Position numbers and translations under genes: made by a program. The notes under the pieces are model-generated. The model was not told where the DNA came from. It did not search any database and saw only the letters and a list, made by a program, of their open reading frames with translations. From Azolla caroliniana (lineage: Eukaryota; Plantae; Polypodiophyta), in NCBI GenBank assembly GCA_043228905.1, contig JBHGNT010000508.1, positions 1-22,133 of the forward strand: a stretch of 22,133 nt of DNA, read 5' to 3'. The number at the start of each line of letters is the position of its first letter. The stretch's first letter is position 1. Positions 1 to 8,311 of this stretch are shown here, one piece after another.

Positions 1-51
1 AGAACAGTACTGGGATGGGTGACCTCCCGGGAAGTCCTGGTGCTGCACCCT
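1..51 (+). rRNA. 5S rRNA gene, 3' part (truncated by window edge)
   Basis: AGAACAGTACTGGGATGGGTGACCTCCCGGGAAGTCCTGGTGCTGCACCC followed by T5; identical to the 3' end of the full copies. Confidence 0.96.
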
Positions 52-80
52 TTTTGCTTCGAGTCGTGTTCTTTTCGTGC

Positions 81-117
81 ACAGTACAGGGATGGGTGAC
101 CACCCGGGAAGTCCTGG
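81..117 (+). pseudogene. Partial 5S duplicate in the spacer (loop E/helix IV/C box; every unit)
   Basis: ACAGTACAGGGATGGGTGACCACCCGGGAAGTCCTGG matches gene segment 4-40 at 35/37 positions (T>A at 88 and 102). Confidence 0.93.
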
Positions 118-186
118 GCACGGGTTGCGTTCTTTTCCCGCCGGAGCCGTTCCCGTGCGCGTGGGCCTCTTGGCATTCGTAGAGGC

Positions 187-210
187 GGACGAGAGCATAG
201 GATGGGTGAC
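187..210 (+). pseudogene. Second, degenerate 5S C-box fragment in the spacer (every unit)
   Basis: GGACGAGAGCATAGGATGGGTGAC contains an exact GGATGGGTGAC (200-210) and gapped similarity to the IE region upstream. Confidence 0.7.
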
Positions 211-307
211 GCGTAATGGGGGGCATTGTCATTCGGTGTGGGTTGAGAGTGTCATCCGTATCAACGAGAGGGCGTAAGAGGCTTTATGGGGTGGGCATGA
301 GTGGCGA

Positions 308-318
308 GGTTCGAATCC
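308..318 (+). promoter_or_regulatory. tRNA-type B box GGTTCGAATCC (TFIIIC-site consensus; every unit)
   Basis: Exact match to the GGTTCGANYCC consensus; function not demonstrated. Confidence 0.55.
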
Positions 319-327
319 GGGCAGGGG

Positions 328-358
328 ATATATATATGTATATATATATATACATGTA
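328..358. repeat. Interrupted (AT)n microsatellite: (AT)5 G (TA)7 CATGTA (every unit)
   Basis: Read directly; 31 bp of strict purine/pyrimidine alternation including a 20-bp perfect palindrome at 336-355. Confidence 0.95.
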
Positions 359-377
359 GTCTTTCTCTAGGATCCAA

Positions 378-395
378 AGCCTTAGCCTTAGCCTT
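378..395. repeat. (AGCCTT)3 hexamer repeat (every unit)
   Basis: AGCCTT AGCCTT AGCCTT read directly, followed by a partial degenerate copy CGCC. Confidence 0.9.
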
Positions 396-492
396 CGCCG
401 GCGCCCGTCGCGCGTGCGGTTGGGACGGTGACGTGGTGGGTCCCTCGATCTTAGTTGTCCTCGTAGAGCATTTTTGTGTAGGTTGGCATAGC

Positions 493-521
493 ATTAGTAC
501 CTCGGAACGCAGGGCACTGTC
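493..521 (+). promoter_or_regulatory. Upstream 5S promoter elements: TATA-like ATTAGTA (-29..-23), GC (-13/-12), C (-1) (every unit)
   Basis: Positions agree with the external elements described for plant 5S genes; the TATA-like motif is degenerate. Confidence 0.6.
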
Positions 522-641
522 GTGGTGCGGTCATACCAGCGCTAATACACCGGATCCCATCAGAACTCCGCAGTTAAGCGCGCTTGGGCCAGAACAGTAC
601 TGGGATGGGTGACCTCCCGGGAAGTCCTGGTGCTGCACCCT
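522..641 (+). rRNA. 5S rRNA gene (copy 1)
   Basis: Colinear with plant 5S rRNA (TCATACCAGC..CCGGATCCCATCAGAACTCCGCAGTTAAGCG..GGATGGGTGACC..GGGAAGTCCT). Helix I GGTGCGG/CTGCACC; compensatory pairs in helices II (CCAGCGC/GCGCTTGG), IV (CTGGGA/TCCCGG) and V (CCAG/CTGG). Start at G522 inferred from C at -1 and GC at -13/-12; ends uncertain by about 1 nt. Confidence 0.98.
572..611 (+). promoter_or_regulatory. Pol III type-1 internal control region: A box 572-583, IE 592-593, C box 602-611 (every unit)
   Basis: AGTTAAGCGCGC at +51..62, GA at +71..72 and GGGATGGGTG at +81..90, matching positions and sequence of the plant 5S internal promoter. Confidence 0.9.
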
Positions 642-645
642 TTTT
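641..645 (+). terminator. Pol III oligo-dT terminator TTTTT (every unit; backup T4 runs at 662-665 and 723-726)
   Basis: T5 directly after GCACCC at the gene 3' end; two TTCTTTT motifs follow downstream. Confidence 0.9.
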
Positions 646-1111
646 GCTTCGAGTCGTGTTCTTTTCGTGCACAGTACAGGGATGGGTGACCACCCGGGAA
701 GTCCTGGGCACGGGTTGCGTTCTTTTCCCGCCGGAGCCGTTCCCGTGCGCGTGGGCCTCTTGGCATTCGTAGAGGCGGACGAGAGCATAGGATGGGTGAC
801 GCGTAATGGGGGGCATTGTCATTCGGTGTGGGTTGAGAGTGTCATCCGTATCAACGAGAGGGCGTAAGAGGCTTTATGGGGTGGGCATGAGTGGCGAGGT
901 TCGAATCCGGGCAGGGGATATATATATGTATATATATATATACATGTAGTCTTTCTCTAGGATCCAAAGCCTTAGCCTTAGCCTTCGCCGGCGCCCGTCG
1001 CGCGTGCGGTTGGGACGGTGACGTGGTGGGTCCCTCGATCTTAGTTGTCCTCGTAGAGCATTTTTGTGTAGGTTGGCATAGCATTAGTACCTCGGAACGC
1101 AGGGCACTGTC

Positions 1112-1231
1112 GTGGTGCGGTCATACCAGCGCTAATACACCGGATCCCATCAGAACTCCGCAGTTAAGCGCGCTTGGGCCAGAACAGTACTGGGATGGGT
1201 GACCTCCCGGGAAGTCCTGGTGCTGCACCCT
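1112..1231 (+). rRNA. 5S rRNA gene (copy 2)
   Basis: Same sequence as copy 1, +590 bp. Confidence 0.98.
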
Positions 1232-1701
1232 TTTTGCTTCGAGTCGTGTTCTTTTCGTGCACAGTACAGGGATGGGTGACCACCCGGGAAGTCCTGGGCA
1301 CGGGTTGCGTTCTTTTCCCGCCGGAGCCGTTCCCGTGCGCGTGGGCCTCTTGGCATTCGTAGAGGCGGACGAGAGCATAGGATGGGTGACGCGTAATGGG
1401 GGGCATTGTCATTCGGTGTGGGTTGAGAGTGTCATCCGTATCAACGAGAGGGCGTAAGAGGCTTTATGGGGTGGGCATGAGTGGCGAGGTTCGAATCCGG
1501 GCAGGGGATATATATATGTATATATATATATACATGTAGTCTTTCTCTAGGATCCAAAGCCTTAGCCTTAGCCTTCGCCGGCGCCCGTCGCGCGTGCGGT
1601 TGGGACGGTGACGTGGTGGGTCCCTCGATCTTAGTTGTCCTCGTAGAGCATTTTTGTGTAGGTTGGCATAGCATTAGTACCTCGGAACGCAGGGCACTGT
1701 C

Positions 1702-1821
1702 GTGGTGCGGTCATACCAGCGCTAATACACCGGATCCCATCAGAACTCCGCAGTTAAGCGCGCTTGGGCCAGAACAGTACTGGGATGGGTGACCTCCCGG
1801 GAAGTCCTGGTGCTGCACCCT
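1702..1821 (+). rRNA. 5S rRNA gene (copy 3)
   Basis: Same sequence as copy 1. Confidence 0.98.
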
Positions 1822-2291
1822 TTTTGCTTCGAGTCGTGTTCTTTTCGTGCACAGTACAGGGATGGGTGACCACCCGGGAAGTCCTGGGCACGGGTTGCGT
1901 TCTTTTCCCGCCGGAGCCGTTCCCGTGCGGCGTGGGCCTCTTGGCATTCGTAGAGGCGGACGAGAGCATAGGATGGGTGACGCGTAATGGGGGGCATTGT
2001 CATTCGGTGTGGGTTGAGAGTGTCATCCGTATCAACGAGAGGGCGTAAGAGGCTTTATGGGGTGGGCATGAGTGGCGAGGTTCGAATCCGGGCAGGGGAT
2101 ATATATATGTATATATATATATACATGTAGTCTTTCTCTAGGATCCAAAGCCTTAGCCTTAGCCTTCGCCGGCGCCCGTCGCGCGTGCGGTTGGGACGGT
2201 GACGTGGTGGGTCCTCGATCTTAGTTGTCCTCGTAGAGCATTTTTGTGTAGGTTGGCATAGCATTAGTACCTCGGAACGCAGGGCACTGTC

Positions 2292-2411
2292 GTGGTGCGG
2301 TCATACCAGCGCTAATACACCGGATCCCATCAGAACTCCGCAGTTAAGCGCGCTTGGGCCAGAACAGTACTGGGATGGGTGACCTCCCGGGAAGTCCTGG
2401 TGCTGCACCCT
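2292..2411 (+). rRNA. 5S rRNA gene (copy 4)
   Basis: Same sequence as copy 1. Confidence 0.98.
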
Positions 2412-2881
2412 TTTTGCTTCGAGTCGTGTTCTTTTCGTGCACAGTACAGGGATGGGTGACCACCCGGGAAGTCCTGGGCACGGGTTGCGTTCTTTTCCCG
2501 CCGGAGCCGTTCCCGTGCGCGTGGGCCTCTTGGCATTCGTAGAGGCGGACGAGAGCATAGGATGGGTGACGCGTAATGGGGGGCATTGTCATTCGGTGTG
2601 GGTTGAGAGTGTCATCCGTATCAACGAGAGGGCGTAAGAGGCTTTATGGGGTGGGCATGAGTGGCGAGGTTCGAATCCGGGCAGGGGATATATATATGTA
2701 TATATATATATACATGTAGTCTTTCTCTAGGATCCAAAGCCTTAGCCTTAGCCTTCGCCGGCGCCCGTCGCGCGTGCGGTTGGGACGGTGACGTGGTGGG
2801 TCCCTCGATCTTAGTTGTCCTCGTAGAGCATTTTTGTGTAGGTTGGCATAGCATTAGTACCTCGGAACGCAGGGCACTGTC

Positions 2882-3001
2882 GTGGTGCGGTCATACCAGC
2901 GCTAATACACCGGATCCCATCAGAACTCCGCAGTTAAGCGCGCTTGGGCCAGAACAGTACTGGGATGGGTGACCTCCCGGGAAGTCCTGGTGCTGCACCC
3001 T
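2882..3001 (+). rRNA. 5S rRNA gene (copy 5)
   Basis: Same sequence as copy 1. Confidence 0.98.
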
Positions 3002-3471
3002 TTTTGCTTCGAGTCGTGTTCTTTTCGTGCACAGTACAGGGATGGGTGACCACCCGGGAAGTCCTGGGCACGGGTTGCGTTCTTTTCCCGCCGGAGCCGT
3101 TCCCGTGCGCGTGGGCCTCTTGGCATTCGTAGAGGCGGACGAGAGCATAGGATGGGTGACGCGTAATGGGGGGCATTGTCATTCGGTGTGGGTTGAGAGT
3201 GTCATCCGTATCAACGAGAGGGCGTAAGAGGCTTTATGGGGTGGGCATGAGTGGCGAGGTTCGAATCCGGGCAGGGGATATATATATGTATATATATATA
3301 TACATGTAGTCTTTCTCTAGGATCCAAAGCCTTAGCCTTAGCCTTCGCCGGCGCCCGTCGCGCGTGCGGTTGGGACGGTGACGTGGTGGGTCCCTCGATC
3401 TTAGTTGTCCTCGTAGAGCATTTTTGTGTAGGTTGGCATAGCATTAGTACCTCGGAACGCAGGGCACTGTC

Positions 3472-3591
3472 GTGGTGCGGTCATACCAGCGCTAATACAC
3501 CGGATCCCATCAGAACTCCGCAGTTAAGCGCGCTTGGGCCAGAACAGTACTGGGATGGGTGACCTCCCGGGAAGTCCTGGTGCTGCACCCT
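3472..3591 (+). rRNA. 5S rRNA gene (copy 6)
   Basis: Same sequence as copy 1. Confidence 0.98.
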
Positions 3592-4061
3592 TTTTGCTTC
3601 GAGTCGTGTTCTTTTCGTGCACAGTACAGGGATGGGTGACCACCCGGGAAGTCCTGGGCACGGGTTGCGTTCTTTTCCCGCCGGAGCCGTTCCCGTGCGC
3701 GTGGGCCTCTTGGCATTCGTAGAGGCGGACGAGAGCATAGGATGGGTGACGCGTAATGGGGGGCATTGTCATTCGGTGTGGGTTGAGAGTGTCATCCGTA
3801 TCAACGAGAGGGCGTAAGAGGCTTTATGGGGTGGGCATGAGTGGCGAGGTTCGAATCCGGGCAGGGGATATATATATGTATATATATATATACATGTAGT
3901 CTTTCTCTAGGATCCAAAGCCTTAGCCTTAGCCTTCGCCGGCGCCCGTCGCGCGTGCGGTTGGGACGGTGACGTGGTGGGTCCCTCGATCTTAGTTGTCC
4001 TCGTAGAGCATTTTTGTGTAGGTTGGCATAGCATTAGTACCTCGGAACGCAGGGCACTGTC

Positions 4062-4181
4062 GTGGTGCGGTCATACCAGCGCTAATACACCGGATCCCAT
4101 CAGAACTCCGCAGTTAAGCGCGCTTGGGCCAGAACAGTACTGGGATGGGTGACCTCCCGGGAAGTCCTGGTGCTGCACCCT
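4062..4181 (+). rRNA. 5S rRNA gene (copy 7)
   Basis: Same sequence as copy 1. Confidence 0.98.
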
Positions 4182-4651
4182 TTTTGCTTCGAGTCGTGTT
4201 CTTTTCGTGCACAGTACAGGGATGGGTGACCACCCGGGAAGTCCTGGGCACGGGTTGCGTTCTTTTCCCGCCGGAGCCGTTCCCGTGCGCGTGGGCCTCT
4301 TGGCATTCGTAGAGGCGGACGAGAGCATAGGATGGGTGACGCGTAATGGGGGGCATTGTCATTCGGTGTGGGTTGAGAGTGTCATCCGTATCAACGAGAG
4401 GGCGTAAGAGGCTTTATGGGGTGGGCATGAGTGGCGAGGTTCGAATCCGGGCAGGGGATATATATATGTATATATATATATACATGTAGTCTTTCTCTAG
4501 GATCCAAAGCCTTAGCCTTAGCCTTCGCCGGCGCCCGTCGCGCGTGCGGTTGGGACGGTGACGTGGTGGGTCCCTCGATCTTAGTTGTCCTCGTAGAGCA
4601 TTTTTGTGTAGGTTGGCATAGCATTAGTACCTCGGAACGCAGGGCACTGTC

Positions 4652-4771
4652 GTGGTGCGGTCATACCAGCGCTAATACACCGGATCCCATCAGAACTCCG
4701 CAGTTAAGCGCGCTTGGGCCAGAACAGTACTGGGATGGGTGACCTCCCGGGAAGTCCTGGTGCTGCACCCT
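4652..4771 (+). rRNA. 5S rRNA gene (copy 8)
   Basis: Same sequence as copy 1. Confidence 0.98.
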
Positions 4772-5241
4772 TTTTGCTTCGAGTCGTGTTCTTTTCGTGC
4801 ACAGTACAGGGATGGGTGACCACCCGGGAAGTCCTGGGCACGGGTTGCGTTCTTTTCCCGCCGGAGCCGTTCCCGTGCGCGTGGGCCTCTTGGCATTCGT
4901 AGAGGCGGACGAGAGCATAGGATGGGTGACGCGTAATGGGGGGCATTGTCATTCGGTGTGGGTTGAGAGTGTCATCCGTATCAACGAGAGGGCGTAAGAG
5001 GCTTTATGGGGTGGGCATGAGTGGCGAGGTTCGAATCCGGGCAGGGGATATATATATGTATATATATATATACATGTAGTCTTTCTCTAGGATCCAAAGC
5101 CTTAGCCTTAGCCTTCGCCGGCGCCCGTCGCGCGTGCGGTTGGGACGGTGACGTGGTGGGTCCCTCGATCTTAGTTGTCCTCGTAGAGCATTTTTGTGTA
5201 GGTTGGCATAGCATTAGTACCTCGGAACGCAGGGCACTGTC

Positions 5242-5361
5242 GTGGTGCGGTCATACCAGCGCTAATACACCGGATCCCATCAGAACTCCGCAGTTAAGCG
5301 CGCTTGGGCCAGAACAGTACTGGGATGGGTGACCTCCCGGGAAGTCCTGGTGCTGCACCCT
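5242..5361 (+). rRNA. 5S rRNA gene (copy 9)
   Basis: Same sequence as copy 1. Confidence 0.98.
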
Positions 5362-5831
5362 TTTTGCTTCGAGTCGTGTTCTTTTCGTGCACAGTACAGG
5401 GATGGGTGACCACCCGGGAAGTCCTGGGCACGGGTTGCGTTCTTTTCCCGCCGGAGCCGTTCCCGTGCGCGTGGGCCTCTTGGCATTCGTAGAGGCGGAC
5501 GAGAGCATAGGATGGGTGACGCGTAATGGGGGGCATTGTCATTCGGTGTGGGTTGAGAGTGTCATCCGTATCAACGAGAGGGCGTAAGAGGCTTTATGGG
5601 GTGGGCATGAGTGGCGAGGTTCGAATCCGGGCAGGGGATATATATATGTATATATATATATACATGTAGTCTTTCTCTAGGATCCAAAGCCTTAGCCTTA
5701 GCCTTCGCCGGCGCCCGTCGCGCGTGCGGTTGGGACGGTGACGTGGTGGGTCCCTCGATCTTAGTTGTCCTCGTAGAGCATTTTTGTGTAGGTTGGCATA
5801 GCATTAGTACCTCGGAACGCAGGGCACTGTC

Positions 5832-5951
5832 GTGGTGCGGTCATACCAGCGCTAATACACCGGATCCCATCAGAACTCCGCAGTTAAGCGCGCTTGGGCC
5901 AGAACAGTACTGGGATGGGTGACCTCCCGGGAAGTCCTGGTGCTGCACCCT
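5832..5951 (+). rRNA. 5S rRNA gene (copy 10)
   Basis: Same sequence as copy 1. Confidence 0.98.
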
Positions 5952-6421
5952 TTTTGCTTCGAGTCGTGTTCTTTTCGTGCACAGTACAGGGATGGGTGAC
6001 CACCCGGGAAGTCCTGGGCACGGGTTGCGTTCTTTTCCCGCCGGAGCCGTTCCCGTGCGCGTGGGCCTCTTGGCATTCGTAGAGGCGGACGAGAGCATAG
6101 GATGGGTGACGCGTAATGGGGGGCATTGTCATTCGGTGTGGGTTGAGAGTGTCATCCGTATCAACGAGAGGGCGTAAGAGGCTTTATGGGGTGGGCATGA
6201 GTGGCGAGGTTCGAATCCGGGCAGGGGATATATATATGTATATATATATATACATGTAGTCTTTCTCTAGGATCCAAAGCCTTAGCCTTAGCCTTCGCCG
6301 GCGCCCGTCGCGCGTGCGGTTGGGACGGTGACGTGGTGGGTCCCTCGATCTTAGTTGTCCTCGTAGAGCATTTTTGTGTAGGTTGGCATAGCATTAGTAC
6401 CTCGGAACGCAGGGCACTGTC

Positions 6422-6541
6422 GTGGTGCGGTCATACCAGCGCTAATACACCGGATCCCATCAGAACTCCGCAGTTAAGCGCGCTTGGGCCAGAACAGTAC
6501 TGGGATGGGTGACCTCCCGGGAAGTCCTGGTGCTGCACCCT
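6422..6541 (+). rRNA. 5S rRNA gene (copy 11)
   Basis: Same sequence as copy 1. Confidence 0.98.
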
Positions 6542-7011
6542 TTTTGCTTCGAGTCGTGTTCTTTTCGTGCACAGTACAGGGATGGGTGACCACCCGGGAA
6601 GTCCTGGGCACGGGTTGCGTTCTTTTCCCGCCGGAGCCGTTCCCGTGCGCGTGGGCCTCTTGGCATTCGTAGAGGCGGACGAGAGCATAGGATGGGTGAC
6701 GCGTAATGGGGGGCATTGTCATTCGGTGTGGGTTGAGAGTGTCATCCGTATCAACGAGAGGGCGTAAGAGGCTTTATGGGGTGGGCATGAGTGGCGAGGT
6801 TCGAATCCGGGCAGGGGATATATATATGTATATATATATATACATGTAGTCTTTCTCTAGGATCCAAAGCCTTAGCCTTAGCCTTCGCCGGCGCCCGTCG
6901 CGCGTGCGGTTGGGACGGTGACGTGGTGGGTCCCTCGATCTTAGTTGTCCTCGTAGAGCATTTTTGTGTAGGTTGGCATAGCATTAGTACCTCGGAACGC
7001 AGGGCACTGTC

Positions 7012-7131
7012 GTGGTGCGGTCATACCAGCGCTAATACACCGGATCCCATCAGAACTCCGCAGTTAAGCGCGCTTGGGCCAGAACAGTACTGGGATGGGT
7101 GACCTCCCGGGAAGTCCTGGTGCTGCACCCT
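7012..7131 (+). rRNA. 5S rRNA gene (copy 12)
   Basis: Same sequence as copy 1. Confidence 0.98.
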
Positions 7132-7601
7132 TTTTGCTTCGAGTCGTGTTCTTTTCGTGCACAGTACAGGGATGGGTGACCACCCGGGAAGTCCTGGGCA
7201 CGGGTTGCGTTCTTTTCCCGCCGGAGCCGTTCCCGTGCGCGTGGGCCTCTTGGCATTCGTAGAGGCGGACGAGAGCATAGGATGGGTGACGCGTAATGGG
7301 GGGCATTGTCATTCGGTGTGGGTTGAGAGTGTCATCCGTATCAACGAGAGGGCGTAAGAGGCTTTATGGGGTGGGCATGAGTGGCGAGGTTCGAATCCGG
7401 GCAGGGGATATATATATGTATATATATATATACATGTAGTCTTTCTCTAGGATCCAAAGCCTTAGCCTTAGCCTTCGCCGGCGCCCGTCGCGCGTGCGGT
7501 TGGGACGGTGACGTGGTGGGTCCCTCGATCTTAGTTGTCCTCGTAGAGCATTTTTGTGTAGGTTGGCATAGCATTAGTACCTCGGAACGCAGGGCACTGT
7601 C

Positions 7602-7721
7602 GTGGTGCGGTCATACCAGCGCTAATACACCGGATCCCATCAGAACTCCGCAGTTAAGCGCGCTTGGGCCAGAACAGTACTGGGATGGGTGACCTCCCGG
7701 GAAGTCCTGGTGCTGCACCCT
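7602..7721 (+). rRNA. 5S rRNA gene (copy 13)
   Basis: Same sequence as copy 1. Confidence 0.98.
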
Positions 7722-8191
7722 TTTTGCTTCGAGTCGTGTTCTTTTCGTGCACAGTACAGGGATGGGTGACCACCCGGGAAGTCCTGGGCACGGGTTGCGT
7801 TCTTTTCCCGCCGGAGCCGTTCCCGTGCGCGTGGGCCTCTTGGCATTCGTAGAGGCGGACGAGAGCATAGGATGGGTGACGCGTAATGGGGGGCATTGTC
7901 ATTCGGTGTGGGTTGAGAGTGTCATCCGTATCAACGAGAGGGCGTAAGAGGCTTTATGGGGTGGGCATGAGTGGCGAGGTTCGAATCCGGGCAGGGGATA
8001 TATATATGTATATATATATATACATGTAGTCTTTCTCTAGGATCCAAAGCCTTAGCCTTAGCCTTCGCCGGCGCCCGTCGCGCGTGCGGTTGGGACGGTG
8101 ACGTGGTGGGTCCCTCGATCTTAGTTGTCCTCGTAGAGCATTTTTGTGTAGGTTGGCATAGCATTAGTACCTCGGAACGCAGGGCACTGTC

Positions 8192-8311
8192 GTGGTGCGG
8201 TCATACCAGCGCTAATACACCGGATCCCATCAGAACTCCGCAGTTAAGCGCGCTTGGGCCAGAACAGTACTGGGATGGGTGACCTCCCGGGAAGTCCTGG
8301 TGCTGCACCCT
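8192..8311 (+). rRNA. 5S rRNA gene (copy 14)
   Basis: Same sequence as copy 1. Confidence 0.98.

Larger units (their letters stand above)
52..521. other. 5S intergenic spacer (~470 bp; one per unit)
   Basis: Sequence between the 3' end of one 5S gene and the start of the next. Confidence 0.93.

Noticed and set aside
234-244. Minus-strand AACCCACACCG resembling the plant snRNA USE (RTCCCACATCG)
   Set aside because: Two mismatches and no TATA box at the required distance downstream on that strand.
260-330. Intact tRNA gene (possible CAT anticodon at 296-298)
   Set aside because: No acceptor, D or anticodon stems can be built, the CAT is too close to the T arm, and the T stem has two mismatches. 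Kept only as a B box or relic.
378-395. (AGCCTT)3 as a telomere-like repeat
   Set aside because: Neither strand matches TTTAGGG, TTAGGG or TTAGGC; only three copies, consistent with local slippage.
177-468. TCGTAGAG direct repeat (177-184 and 461-468) as a target-site duplication of an inserted element
   Set aside because: An 8-bp repeat is expected by chance in a 590-bp unit, and it does not abut the (AT)n tail or the putative A box.
468-478. Sm-site-like ATTTTTG suggesting a linked snRNA or spliced-leader RNA gene
   Set aside because: I found no U1, U2, U4, U5 or U6 signature motifs and no correctly spaced USE+TATA promoter. A T5 Pol III terminator or chance explains it. An Rfam scan would settle it.
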